A DNA stretch of 64,000 nt from a virus, in IMG/VR virus record IMGVR_UViG_3300032242_000488, positions 32,001-96,000 of that record; one strand, given 5' to 3'. The translations under genes and the position numbers were made by a program. Below the pieces are notes generated by a model that was not told where the DNA came from, did not search any database, and was given only the letters and a program-made list of their open reading frames with translations. Shown here piece after piece: positions 28,301 through 36,161 of this stretch (positions are counted from its first letter, which is position 1; every line of letters starts with the position of its first letter).

Positions 28301-30485
28301 CATTGATTCCAGCGGTACTGTAACCAACATGCTTGCTGAAAACGGTCTAGCAATTACTGGTCTAATTCCAGGTATGGTTATTACTAAAGATGGCACTGTT
28401 GGCCCAACTAACAATGCTGTGCTTGGTACCGGTGGTGCTGTAGCAACTATTGCTACAATCATTAGTCCAACTAGTATTACTATTACAGTATCAGCAGGAT
28501 CTATTACAGCTGGCAAGTTGATCTTTACTGCCGCAGGTGGTAACGATACAACAGGTGATGGTGGTGGTATTACTGTCAAGGCTGCGGCTGATAAAACCAT
28601 AATATGGGTAGCCGCTACCAATCGTTGGACAACAAACGTTGGAATTGAAACTCCAAATATTACTGTTACCAATGGATTTGGTGCAGATACTGTTACTGCT
28701 AAAACATTGATCATTACTGATAACACAACATTGGGTAATGCAAATACTGACACTATTACCGTAAACAGTCAGTTTGTAAATGGTACACAATTAAAAACTG
28801 CACAGACTGCAGGTAACACATTAAACATATCTGCTTATGATACCAACGATACTGTATATAGAGATCTAATTAAAGTCACAGCTGGTGATACTCCATATGT
28901 AACTATTAACTCTAATGGCCTTGGCACAATTGATGGTATTGATATTGGTCAAACTAGTGAGAAGAAAGGTAAGTTTAGTATACTAGCCACTACTGATACT
29001 ACTACGTTTGGTGCCGCAGTAACAATGACCACTGCTAACAAGACAGTAACATTTAGCCCAACTGGTACTGGTACAGTGTCTGTTGAGCCGGCAGCGGCTC
29101 TAAGTTTAAAATCAACAGGTGCCGCAGTTACAATTACATCATATACCACAGGTAATATGGACGGTATAGCAATTGGTGTTAACAATGCCAAGGATGGTAC
29201 ATTTGCCAACTTGACCAGCACCGGTGCGGTACAGTTTACACGCAACGGTCAAGGTACAACTACAACTGACATAGCTCATACATTAAAAGTTACAGGTGGT
29301 GCAGGGTTTAGTGGAAACGTATATGCGGCCAAGTTCTACGGTGCATTTGAAGTGCCAGCAGGTAGTGGTACAATCAAGGGACAAATTGACGGTGCTGATC
29401 AAGTTAAGACTGTTACAGCAAGCGACGGTGCTGGTCCATATTATGTGGCATTTGTTAATAGTAATAACGGATCAGCCGCAAACTCAACTGTATACACTGA
29501 TGGTTCATTAAGCTATAATGCTAGTACCAATACACTAACCACTGATAACTTTGTAGGTACTGCAACTAAGGCAACAAACTTAACAGGCGGTAGTTTAGGT
29601 TCAATTCATTATCAGACGGCAGCTAGTACATCAGGGATACTAGCTCCAAATACCAGTACAACGCCTAAGTATTTAAAATCAACAGGCGATGGTGCAAACG
29701 GTACTGCACCATCTTGGACACAGATTGTGGCAGCTGATATTGGTGATTTTGCTACTGCTGTTGGTAGTTATATTGGCTCTGGAACAACAATTCAAGCTAA
29801 CGCGGCAACAGCCAGCAAGTGGGCCACTGCTCGCACAATTTCATTTACTGGAGGAGCCACCGGTAGTGTATCTATCGATGGTAGTGCTAACGTAAGTTGT
29901 CAGTTAACTCTAGGGGCGGCAGCGGCAGATACTGTAAAAATTACAGAAGAAGCCACAACTGGATTTACTAGATACTTGACATTTACCAGTCAAAACGTTA
30001 GCGGTCAACAAGGTAGTATGTCTGTTGATGGCGACTTAACTTACAAGCCAAGTACTAATACATTAACATCTACTTATTTTGCAGGTACTGCTAGCTCTGC
30101 CAATTACGGTGACTTGGCAGAAAAGTATCTAGCAGATGCAGAATATGAGGAAGGCACTGTGTTAGTGTTTGGCGGAGATGAAGAAGTAACTCAAAGCACA
30201 GTTTTTAATGATCGTAGAGTTGCTGGTGTTATATCTCTAAAAGCGGCATATACTATGAACAACGATTTGTCAGGCGATCACGTGGCTGTTGTTGCACTAC
30301 AAGGTCGTGTACCAGTTAAAGTAATTGGTCGTGTACAAAAAGGCGACATGCTAGTAACTAGTGGCAAACCAGGATATGCTATTGTTAATAACGACCCACG
30401 AGTTGGTACAGTTATTGGTAAAGCACTAGCAGTAAAAACAACAGACGGCGAAGGCGTTGTCGAAGCTGTTGTAGGTAAACATTAA
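16380..30485 (+). CDS. Giant baseplate-anchored tail fibre protein (about 4701 aa) with T4 gp9/gp10-like N-terminus and C-terminal intramolecular chaperone
   Basis: Starts MARKIVDIGVEGNDGTGDSIREGFRKVNENF (gp9/gp10-type N-terminal motif) after a GGAG SD. Beta-helix signatures, helical RD..YD repeats, many beta-rich modules, C-terminal GDLAEKYLAD...GRVPVKV.G.VQKGDMLV...VIGKAL. Confidence 0.85.
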   Translation: MARKIVDIGVEGNDGTGDSIREGFRKVNENFKEIYAVFGQEGTLAFLNLGDVEAGQLKNYSAIANQLPIVNSQGSGIKFKPMVGANGLTIAYPDDPADPNYNKIVLTQQRSTSELGSADIPGKFGNVVDGQGFLLGNIADPTQANVLNWNSGFGRSGQTVIGAEKFPVPLGFADNRYINKGTVAGEQADAMVGYLSVPAGASGDQVAQAAETVLKAGATMTGKLFLSDHPGDLAGAGNPLGVDDKQAATKYYVDTTAYSSKVNLYVSSNGDDSQVKTPPGKEGRAFAYAFQSLVAACLKAEQLIDDSPWETGPYRQLIAYGGGKYYSEIVSGGIIIGGGLNGTTRIKFNNDSGSPVDQGVANNKDIIPGKIVVGRNSGARGFIVKYGTIDNTDYVDLRDVTGSFETGENLFFDQAVKRLEISIFIESGTYYEDYPIRIPRNCSILGDEFRRTVIRPADRVSKSPWAGTWFYRDLEFDNLKIAETNWGYHYLTDPTNKASTPKNNKDIDVFLCNDATIIRQISAQGHGGFMMVLDPNGQILTKSPYCQQSGCFSGSLNKQAFRGGQYVDGQAGSMPVTTVSANFNQTEITVTDAFRVPQTPTAFFVKGKRYKVDTFTDNGLGYRGARELLLLNKEFIVAETIAYVNDVVTPTFVYDAIQFSIDVGKIVNAVAWDIVLDSNIQSILFAESYVTLPSQKSAILVALNYVKDSLSSLLSSNATAAARARAKMDIIIQIITYGVEDRTILDASSWSYDGTTISVTKSSGHGLGAGWSVKIVDATASTNAPNGVFNVASVVNDNTFTYVVTNAPTGTAGGTLRFTSSPIPIRSIPNPPVDPQALPATTAGIQNSLALLIANRELIKAEYIAYIQTYYSDFLFGTRGVVGYIRDADRIVNAVIYDTIYGGTSQTVLVARGFFDSEGKSTISTEVTQIYNGLEWIRDVAGQVVTDTQITNLLQVSVKQVRGTAGTSAIATSVQDNFNYIITAIRFGQDTLPAVAYPGIENVATTLQSAKSLIDINVNTIRSNTIAFINSKYLYNIYAAQRDIRFLIDDLAHDIVYTGNLNMVEHGLGYFVGDAKLVSDAERPRTLAILDYLKQLALYVVDNKDIPSPQLVNVGALVIGQTYKINTVGSTVWTALGSVDSVHNTVFTATATGLVTAGHFVVGRAYTIVSRGNPNNLTNFINIGSPSNSVGTAFIATGVGTGTGTAIQGTGNARLASGSDFYRRQFAISQTIQLVSSGAGPATIVPSLTWVNTNLVNAFQRLETDKTAIEAAIVTWINNNIAGNTNNPGSIWYGFSYNSGEFSKTVGAIIDVVGYDMMFNSNFRSSRFGIDYYTANLSSLSTSIAAFGYLKNYLLSTVTSASYGDTANTRVGDKMDIILSILATGSGAVPAYLLPSPTGFDIDYSNAKRLISDNKAFIVDEITTWIAAQIAGNITPFTTQFQYDATAFSNGVSRVIDAILYDLTYGGNLETIVAANANFVITDTALGTGQKDKSIAAYARLEEVIGKVAQAVTVLDKHTAILQTTAVSGGGLTTSVAFAQARVEDIIKQLNITKVDSKPQLESLVNTTRTMVANTEPSTYIAAKDLLVANRSFIQAEVYNYLKYTYTFPITQTTNNQLVTASTAKMRVGMPVQFLGTDPFQVTILTASTPLLVDGKYVVTFEFARQRVRPDSTKDYEIQGNANGLYNLIVPVAIVPDQATTDTTTTSITVVYPFNPGVFDYANQTTIRVSGGTFGGVNRDAKYYVKEIKSLTNFTISETINGSTPGALFSLDSDTGSMYCRFAFDEATCRRDTGFLVSNISTDILYGGRYNTIKAGKRFLAASSVLVVTEQSVECRAGISYIDTLAQTIINNQAPLVNYQSLNNVALIETVTQTIDTTKVGGSAAGTTITGLVALVNNIILNGKTWTNDTNNIPDAVVYPKYVLQLNEETPYSTTISGALPDEIVMQAAGNTSMLSNDWTQLNDLAYGLVATNNGLIETVSVFTYYCWTAYYSRNGGQIRSVAGSNANGEYGLVAEGSDPFEVPDSVNLSNDMPQVARVYKAGPFSAEMAKTKTTVYIDTYNYLPYNVSEIEINHGYTIVDGAVTGIGITRYEVAGVVDASGTYFSTAQPTAGTPTYNSGTGKYRVQFTFPAKTYIPDTGRYYTITGNANTAYNNNLTGWLCVASDTSHITLEFTSVNPGTFSTVTATTLKLKKGTILRLNLNTSGSNSTIASGLQADLADNQLVVIRPNQNFKFYNVDNISPTRPSTALTFRGDPLDNASAPVYRVLAFGTKDPLSDAMTLTFNTIYNASSASNVITVPSTVPLRAGMTLSIVSGTGSLSDTATVLAITSDTTFTVSPPPAVALVNATLQAESPTLNDVILTFDSGYSYIGLVIDQDHNTLTEAAAGIDGGSTTRTLGSQIGDQWLAIRKINSAGELQRILTGQMCFGWNGRVHRISNYLTRTISSTEGYGIIQINEVTDDASRGYQDISGYGYTGITAPTRPGEGYNVTTATYDSDAQLITYTISGLETAPNTARFTGAISAISPIGATGGTLTVSSISSGTMLIGSTITGITGTSVTAGTRITAQVTCSAASIYNSSATGTSGSYTLTLSAGSVNILNGQFVSGNAAIIDGLPANTYVTNVSGNTVTLSNALTKNFSATVYFYTAGLAGIYAVDKSQTVSSQAMGVHYTVYGNSNASYDIAGPILTSTYQSLTIAAAKATVVGTVSGLYLTVNYVSGNTIQLGQSVSGTGLNAGTYIVSQSSGTAGGAGVYLLNTVANIVTPTFTGAINNLSSGAGNVLTVSAVASGTILVGADIQKTAGSGVTAGTTITGQLTGVTAFTTTATGTQGTFILTVASVGTAPAGVIKGQLVTGSGIPNDTYVSDINLTGITLTRALTGNATGGTYTFATAGSTGTYSVDTSQLATSGEMKAVFIAIPGAFGSTSATRIFPTEKLYNPSLVQDNTITIRTGLSAGEPADIIVNISTCRVTGHDFSDIGTGGYNQSNYPNKVYGPGKAKNQKKEVAERGTGRVFWVATDQDGFFRVGRFFTVDQGTGTVTFAASLALSNLDGLGFKRGRAINEFSDDDTFQDLSDTKVPTEHAIDGYLNRRLGIDRNNIVISEGTLGAGFLDRNGILEMNANLRLGGHYVENLGEITPTTPFNYAVTKRYVDGQQMSDASVDVDGHVNNDLLIYNYDRATPAWVNARSSSPNSQIYVELIADKELDIRVKRETISNSQVREDANISQNKVDINVANEQRDQGVLLSSVQLTSGYVVATADAPTGKSPHCLVKLSVNGTPTALSTNIWYTVSGNSNLNYNGKFLCVSSSPRVGGANAYVILEYPENPGVFGGSTTTVTPWETTVTTQLDHGLVAGDNILITDSVVASVSLSATGSINSRQLILSSQNSGIGTGQLVTGIGIPDNTYVVSVDQANVTLSEKLTKAVNGVCVFASNINGNWLIKSVPSTNSFVISLDTRLSGAFTLTTARATKLGLSTFNKNQFAVTNGFVSLETSSTDAVTAAINANSNIVTISSSDMAKVSVGHVITIRSNASLVTIPTTALANPTGIDNGVQPQPMTVTAITSATTFTVSVAFSGSGSAASAILNIISGVPLSSLQQVETDSIIGNLSGSRTSPNTVTSGQIVKAGDGIKNIQFNDDLLADVNVRGIMSIIARDTVYPHKNTYGVWNVTKTGAGNSVVRTTNEGAIEATQYILDGKKAIDTSSGANIDFFTPGLAKFLTANGNDSVAAAPTISIGTFTTAVNTSATSNTNGAITVVSIANMYIGQELSFSGTPFGGISVGTYYIVSINSGSNTISISTSDTLSPVFTGTTANGSMTVTGTITNPGVLNGQVYVPNLKAYGTVTFNPINANISLQPRSTNGSTGTITMFPAVNGSINNMAIGALSESTGKFTTVEITSVTDAVNSTTGPLKVAGGAAIAKKLFVGGNFEVTGNALVTGDLTVKGVTTTVNSNTVNIADKNIVLAGVTTSPRISCDIDSSGTVTNMLAENGLAITGLIPGMVITKDGTVGPTNNAVLGTGGAVATIATIISPTSITITVSAGSITAGKLIFTAAGGNDTTGDGGGITVKAAADKTIIWVAATNRWTTNVGIETPNITVTNGFGADTVTAKTLIITDNTTLGNANTDTITVNSQFVNGTQLKTAQTAGNTLNISAYDTNDTVYRDLIKVTAGDTPYVTINSNGLGTIDGIDIGQTSEKKGKFSILATTDTTTFGAAVTMTTANKTVTFSPTGTGTVSVEPAAALSLKSTGAAVTITSYTTGNMDGIAIGVNNAKDGTFANLTSTGAVQFTRNGQGTTTTDIAHTLKVTGGAGFSGNVYAAKFYGAFEVPAGSGTIKGQIDGADQVKTVTASDGAGPYYVAFVNSNNGSAANSTVYTDGSLSYNASTNTLTTDNFVGTATKATNLTGGSLGSIHYQTAASTSGILAPNTSTTPKYLKSTGDGANGTAPSWTQIVAADIGDFATAVGSYIGSGTTIQANAATASKWATARTISFTGGATGSVSIDGSANVSCQLTLGAAAADTVKITEEATTGFTRYLTFTSQNVSGQQGSMSVDGDLTYKPSTNTLTSTYFAGTASSANYGDLAEKYLADAEYEEGTVLVFGGDEEVTQSTVFNDRRVAGVISLKAAYTMNNDLSGDHVAVVALQGRVPVKVIGRVQKGDMLVTSGKPGYAIVNNDPRVGTVIGKALAVKTTDGEGVVEAVVGKH

Positions 30486-30497
30486 AAGGAAACAACT

Positions 30498-31292
30498 ATG
30501 TCAGTTCCATTTGAAATCCAAGACAATCTTGTCAACGTTGGCGTAGTTGCCAACGACGGTACAGGTGATGATCTTAGAAATGCATTTTTAAAAATTAACG
30601 GAAACTTCCTATACTTAGGTAATAGATTAGGAACAGATCCTAGTGGAACTAACTTAGGATCCACCGGCGAGTCAGTGTTTAAAGAAGTTGTAGATTTTCA
30701 ATATCGATTTAGAAAGATCGATGCTGATGGCAACCTGCATGTTAGACTCGTAGGCGATGTTATTACCTTAGAGTTCAAACCAAATAGTGCTGTTGATTTT
30801 CACGGCCAGGCTATTACTAATGCTAGTGCCGTAACTGCTACAAGTTTTACCGGTAATCTAAGTGGTAATGTAACGGGTAATGTAAGCGGTAATGCTCACA
30901 CAGTGGATAACGGTGTTTACACAACCGGTGATCAAACAATTGGTGGAGTTAAAACATTTAACTCTAGAATAAACGGTGATATTAACGGAAATGCACATAC
31001 AGTAGATGACGGAGTTTACACCCGGGGAAATCAGAACATAGATGGTTTTAAAACTTTCCTCCAACCTATAGCAGGACTATTATCAGGCAATGTAACAGGA
31101 TTTATTAGAAGTCCAGGCCAAACTGCTTACGTGGATGTAAGCAACTTAGAAAGACGAATAAATACATTTGACTACGGAGTTATCAATCCAGTGTTTGTGG
31201 ATCCTATAAGCTACTATTTGTACGCAGTAGGAACTGATATGGGCACATTCAATAACCCTAGCGAATTTAGCATAGACGCTGGAACTATATAA
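30498..31292 (+). CDS. Short fibre/baseplate protein with gp9/gp10-like N-terminus
   Basis: VNVGVVANDGTGDDLRNAFLKINGNF; GN[VL][ST] repeats; duplicated GNAHTVD.GVYT.G.Q.I.G.KTF. Confidence 0.75.
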   Translation: MSVPFEIQDNLVNVGVVANDGTGDDLRNAFLKINGNFLYLGNRLGTDPSGTNLGSTGESVFKEVVDFQYRFRKIDADGNLHVRLVGDVITLEFKPNSAVDFHGQAITNASAVTATSFTGNLSGNVTGNVSGNAHTVDNGVYTTGDQTIGGVKTFNSRINGDINGNAHTVDDGVYTRGNQNIDGFKTFLQPIAGLLSGNVTGFIRSPGQTAYVDVSNLERRINTFDYGVINPVFVDPISYYLYAVGTDMGTFNNPSEFSIDAGTI

Positions 31293-31303
31293 CGGAGAAT
31301 ATA

Positions 31304-32992
31304 ATGGCATTACAAATTAGACGCGGACCAACAGCAGACAGAACAAGCAAAGTATTTGCTGAGGGCGAATTAGTTTACGACACGCAAGAAAAAGCAGTAT
31401 ACATCGGCGACGGTACTACTTCTGGTGGTAAGGCAGCATCATCTTATACTGACGAGCGAGCAGTTGATGCAGTAGGTGCGGCACTGGTTGCTGGTACTGG
31501 TAATGTTGTTTTCACCTATGGAACAACACAAGATAATGCCAATAGAATAGATGCAACTGTTACTTTAGACGGCATCGGTCTTACTGCAATTAATCAAGAC
31601 ACAAGTCCACAGCTTGGCGGTAATTTAAGTTTAAATAGTCACAATATTACAGGTACAGGTAGCATTAATATTACCGGTGATGCTACTGCTACTAACTTCT
31701 ACGGTGAACTACACGGTAATGCGGCTACTGTTACTAACGGTATCTATGCTGGACAGAAGTTTCATATTGGTACTACAGAAATTGATATTGGCAGAGTATC
31801 TGCAACACAAACATTAACTGGCACAAATATTGATGGTAACGCCGGTGGAAACGCAGCCACTGCAACTAAATTGGCAGCTACTAAAAACATCAACGGTGTA
31901 GCATTTGACGGTAGTGCCGATGTTACAGTAATAACACAAGGCACAGGAGTTACTGTTAGCGGAAGCACTATTAGTATTGGTCAAGCTGTTGCTACCACTA
32001 GTAATGTTACATTCAATGACGTAACAGTTAGTGGTAATTTAATTGTTAACGGCGATACTACCACACTTAATACAACAACACTGACTGTTGAAGATATTAA
32101 TATTAACATTGCTAAAAATGCAACAAGTATAGGAGCGGCTGATGGGGCAGGAATTACTATTGGTAACTATGCAAACAGCCCAACTTTAACATATCTACAA
32201 AGCGGTGATAAACTTGTTTTTAATAGACGAGTTGATGCTACAAGTTTTTATGGTGATTTTACAGGCAATGTGACCGGTAATGTTACAGGTAATGTAACAG
32301 GTAACGTGACTAGCGTAAGCGATAATTCATTTGGAACAGCAACTATTAGCGGCGGCGATAGTAATAATTCTAGTTTGAAACTTGCAGGATACAATCAACG
32401 TGGTGGTGTTGGGTTCCATGGATTTTTAGAAGTTAGAAACAACTATTCTTCTGCGGCAAATCCCAACAGATATTTCCGTTTAAATTCCGATGGTGTTTTA
32501 GAAATTATCAACAGCTCATATGCCGTAACGTTATTGGCATTAGACAATGATGGCAATATGACAATCCATGGAACATTCCAATCTATTGGTAATATAACTG
32601 CTCCACAATTTAACGGAGATGTAGCAGGTAATGTTATTACTACTAATATTAATACTCCAACTATAGGCGGAATACTAACTGTTCCTCCTCAAGTAAAATT
32701 TAACAATTATGTTGATATTGATCAAGGACTATCAATAGCAGGCGATTATGTAGTATCAGTATCTGGATATAAAGTGGTTAGTGCCGTTGCTCCAGGATTT
32801 ACAACTGCTGTTGATCTAACCAATACTAGAGCAACATTTAATGTTCCAGTACGTTTTGGTAGCTATACAACAACACAAAGAAATGCACTGACACCTACTA
32901 ACGGTGATGTAATTTATTGTTCAGACAGCGGACCTGGCGGTATTGGTCAATTCTTAGGCTATGCAAACGGTGCTTGGACATCGCTAAGTTAA
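31304..32992 (+). CDS. Tail fibre protein with Mtd_N-like N-terminal domain
   Basis: MALQIRRG...EGELVYDT..K.VYIGDG.T.GG N-terminus; ATKLA..KNINGV.FDGS.DV and TGNV x4 fibre repeats. Confidence 0.8.
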   Translation: MALQIRRGPTADRTSKVFAEGELVYDTQEKAVYIGDGTTSGGKAASSYTDERAVDAVGAALVAGTGNVVFTYGTTQDNANRIDATVTLDGIGLTAINQDTSPQLGGNLSLNSHNITGTGSINITGDATATNFYGELHGNAATVTNGIYAGQKFHIGTTEIDIGRVSATQTLTGTNIDGNAGGNAATATKLAATKNINGVAFDGSADVTVITQGTGVTVSGSTISIGQAVATTSNVTFNDVTVSGNLIVNGDTTTLNTTTLTVEDININIAKNATSIGAADGAGITIGNYANSPTLTYLQSGDKLVFNRRVDATSFYGDFTGNVTGNVTGNVTGNVTSVSDNSFGTATISGGDSNNSSLKLAGYNQRGGVGFHGFLEVRNNYSSAANPNRYFRLNSDGVLEIINSSYAVTLLALDNDGNMTIHGTFQSIGNITAPQFNGDVAGNVITTNINTPTIGGILTVPPQVKFNNYVDIDQGLSIAGDYVVSVSGYKVVSAVAPGFTTAVDLTNTRATFNVPVRFGSYTTTQRNALTPTNGDVIYCSDSGPGGIGQFLGYANGAWTSLS

Positions 32993-33020
32993 CAATAAAT
33001 ACAGCATATAGGATAATAAT

Positions 33021-36000
33021 ATGCTGAATATTTGGAGCGTAAAATCTGGGTATAAATTCCCTACCTTGCAAGAAGGTACGGTTTGGAAAGATATCCACGG
33101 AGTAGATCATCGTATACCCCTACCTCTGGTCGCCGGTGCTGATTTATCCAATATAACGTTCAACGTGATTTCTGGAACTCTTCCACAAGGACTGAGACTA
33201 ATTAATCATTATATCTCAGGATCACCGTACGAGGTTATCAGAACTACAACCTCAACATTTGTTATTCGAGCAAAAAATACTGTTACAGGTGAGATATCAG
33301 ATCGAACACTATCGTTTGTAGTTGAGGGTCCAGATGCTCCTAAATGGGTTACCACTGAAGGAACACTTCCGGTCGGCGCGGTCCCTCATAGAATTGCACG
33401 TATAGTTAGTGCATCTAGATACAATAATATTGTCACACTAACCACTGACAAGGCGCACGATTTTGTATTCGATAATGAAATTTCTGTAACCACGTCATTA
33501 GTAGATATCAATAATACAAAAATAAAAATACTACGTCCTTCATTTTCTGGCGTAGAAACTCCAGACCAATACATCTATAGAGTAGCACACACTATAACAT
33601 ATAGAGATGTTGGCATTAATTTTGGTACTAGGTCTGTTAGCGGAACTATTCAATTATTAAAAGCGCCTCTAACTTTTGTACTAGACGGAACATACATCGA
33701 TTTTCAGTTGCTGGCCACTGATACTGATTTAAGAGCAGGTGACGAATTAGAATTCTTTATTGAAGAAAATAGCGGACAACTTCCTCCAGGCTTAATTTTA
33801 ACTAGGGACGGACGCATTACCGGATTTATTGACCCAATACTTTCGTTAGACATTACTGCTCGAGATGGGTCATTTGACGTTAACACCTTTGATGATTACC
33901 CTTATGATTTTGCGGTATTGCAAAATATCAGCGACCCCAACTGGCAACAGGTAGCAACGCCCAAAAAACTAAACCGATTTTATGAGTTCACAGTCAGTGT
34001 AACAGACGGTGAAACGATCACCAAGCGCACATTTAAAATATATGTAGTCGGTGATGATTTCTTGCGTACAGATAATACCATAATGAAAATTGGTGGCGGC
34101 GCATATATTTCTTATACATCCGATTCTACTTATCTGCGTAGTCCAATTTGGTTAAGTGCCGCTAACTTAGGAATCAAACGTGCCAATAACTATGTTACTG
34201 TTATACTAGATACCTTTGATCCAAATCCTGCTATTGGACCTGTAGACTATCGTTTAGAAAAATTTAATCCCGATGGTACTCCTAGCGAACTGCCTCCGGG
34301 GCTTGCACTTGATCCAACCAACAGTGAAGTGTTTGGGTTTGTTCCCTATCAGCCAGCAGTTACTATTGATTATAAATTTACCATTAGTGCTACCAAATAT
34401 GATAAAGAAAATATTGAACAAATTGAAGTTGAAATTGTCAATGCGGAAGTTGCACCAATTGGGCAAAATTATCTAAAGATTAATAAGCTGCCAACAGATG
34501 ATCAACTGTTAATCACCAATGATAATATTAGAATTGGTGCATATACATATAAAATTAAAACTTACGAAGTATTAAACAATCAAACATATGATATTATTAG
34601 ATTAGATAAACCTTTACAAAATGTAGTCATTAAAGGTTTTATAATTGCCAACACCTATTATAGAATATTGAGTCAACTGTATACGACACGTACAAGTCCA
34701 AAAACGTTTACTATGCAGGTACTTGGAGAAGTTGACAGTGTAATTAAATTCTTGACTCCTGCTAATTTAGGATCAGTTAGAGCAAACTTATCAAGTCAAT
34801 TGGAAATAAAAGCAGTAACCACTGTAGTTGGTGCTGTACTTACCTATAGACTAGTAGGTGGAATATTGCCACCAGGTGTTGAACTAAGTGCCAACGGAGA
34901 ACTGATTGGCCGAGTTACACAATTTGGAAATATTGTTTATAGAAGTTTTTGGAAAAGCGGCAAGCAATATAAAATTAATGATGTTGTAAAATATCAGGAT
35001 CAATTGTACAAAGCTAACTTTGCACATACTAGCGGCACACCGTTTAATATTGACTATTGGGACAAATATACATTTAGAAACAATGTTACCGGTCTTACTA
35101 CCTATGACAGTAGAACTACTACATTTGACGGAAGACAGGGAACTCAAGATCGTTCTTATAAATTTACAGTATTGGCTCAAGATCAATTCAAATACAGTGC
35201 AATAGCTGGAACCTTTACTGTATTTGTTGCTGACCCTGATGTCAAACTTTTTAGTAATGTCTATGTTAAACCATTCCCTACATTGGCCAAGCGAGCAAAA
35301 TTTTATACCTTTATTAATGATCTAGATATTTTTACTGAAAGTAAAATATATCGCGCCAGTGATCCTAATTACGGTGTACAAAAAGAATTAAAAATGTTAA
35401 TCTATGCAGGCATAGAAACTTTAGAAATTAAAAACTATGTGCCAGCACTAACATTGAACACTAAACGTAAACGCTTCCGTATTGGAAGTCCAAAGAAAGC
35501 CATTGCAAGACTGCAGGGATCAAATGAAACTATATATGAAGTAATTTATCTTGAAATTTTTGACGAGTACGAAATTGGGAAAATCAGTGCGGCGCCGGCA
35601 ATAAAATTATCTTATTCCAATCGTTCTAAGATTAATGTTAATCAAACAGATATCAACCCAGTCAACGGTCGATTAGATTTAAACAACAATAAAATACGCG
35701 ATAAATTAAACGAAGATGCAGTAGAGCGACTACGTAGTAATAAAGATGTTATGCGAGCAGATAATACTGGGGTTAATGCTAGCGGTAGAGATTTAGAATT
35801 AGTATATCCATCTAGTGTTAGCAATATTAGACGTAACATAAAAACGCTAATTGTCGGAGATAGTCCTAGACAAATTGACACAGAAAACAGCTTTTTGCCG
35901 CCGTGGATGGTGACTCCGCAGGATTCAAAAACTCCTGCTACAGGATATATAAAAGCAGTGCCGCTATGCTACTGCAAGCCCGGCGAAGCGGACTACATTT

Positions 36001-36134
36001 TACAAAATATAACACATAGCGGATTTGATTTTACTAGCTTAGACTTTGAAATTGATAGATTTATCATTGATGCAATTTCTGGAAATAACCAAGATCAGTA
36101 TTTGAAAATTCCTAATTACAAGTTTAATGTATGA
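33021..36134 (+). CDS. Ig-like-repeat baseplate/virion protein (1037 aa)
   Basis: Four G.LP.GL.L (He_PIG/cadherin-like) repeats and a CBM5/12-like W.SGK.YKINDVV.Y segment; late box AATAAATA at 32994-33001. Confidence 0.7.
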   Translation: MLNIWSVKSGYKFPTLQEGTVWKDIHGVDHRIPLPLVAGADLSNITFNVISGTLPQGLRLINHYISGSPYEVIRTTTSTFVIRAKNTVTGEISDRTLSFVVEGPDAPKWVTTEGTLPVGAVPHRIARIVSASRYNNIVTLTTDKAHDFVFDNEISVTTSLVDINNTKIKILRPSFSGVETPDQYIYRVAHTITYRDVGINFGTRSVSGTIQLLKAPLTFVLDGTYIDFQLLATDTDLRAGDELEFFIEENSGQLPPGLILTRDGRITGFIDPILSLDITARDGSFDVNTFDDYPYDFAVLQNISDPNWQQVATPKKLNRFYEFTVSVTDGETITKRTFKIYVVGDDFLRTDNTIMKIGGGAYISYTSDSTYLRSPIWLSAANLGIKRANNYVTVILDTFDPNPAIGPVDYRLEKFNPDGTPSELPPGLALDPTNSEVFGFVPYQPAVTIDYKFTISATKYDKENIEQIEVEIVNAEVAPIGQNYLKINKLPTDDQLLITNDNIRIGAYTYKIKTYEVLNNQTYDIIRLDKPLQNVVIKGFIIANTYYRILSQLYTTRTSPKTFTMQVLGEVDSVIKFLTPANLGSVRANLSSQLEIKAVTTVVGAVLTYRLVGGILPPGVELSANGELIGRVTQFGNIVYRSFWKSGKQYKINDVVKYQDQLYKANFAHTSGTPFNIDYWDKYTFRNNVTGLTTYDSRTTTFDGRQGTQDRSYKFTVLAQDQFKYSAIAGTFTVFVADPDVKLFSNVYVKPFPTLAKRAKFYTFINDLDIFTESKIYRASDPNYGVQKELKMLIYAGIETLEIKNYVPALTLNTKRKRFRIGSPKKAIARLQGSNETIYEVIYLEIFDEYEIGKISAAPAIKLSYSNRSKINVNQTDINPVNGRLDLNNNKIRDKLNEDAVERLRSNKDVMRADNTGVNASGRDLELVYPSSVSNIRRNIKTLIVGDSPRQIDTENSFLPPWMVTPQDSKTPATGYIKAVPLCYCKPGEADYILQNITHSGFDFTSLDFEIDRFIIDAISGNNQDQYLKIPNYKFNV

Positions 36135-36161
36135 TAAATACATAATCAAGGATACTATAAC

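Noticed and set aside
3129-29895. Many 60-295 aa antisense or alternate-frame ORFs inside the giant fibre genes (e.g. 9321-10016, 27866-28753)
   Set aside because: Shadow ORFs produced by the Thr/Gly/Asn/Ser codon bias of the sense genes. They are V/L/P-rich, lack SD sequences and have no recognisable motifs.
31304-32992. Diversity-generating retroelement suggested by the Mtd_N-like domain
   Set aside because: No reverse transcriptase, no adenine-variable TR/VR repeat pair and no C-type-lectin tip were seen in the window. Mtd_N-like domains are common in ordinary fibres.
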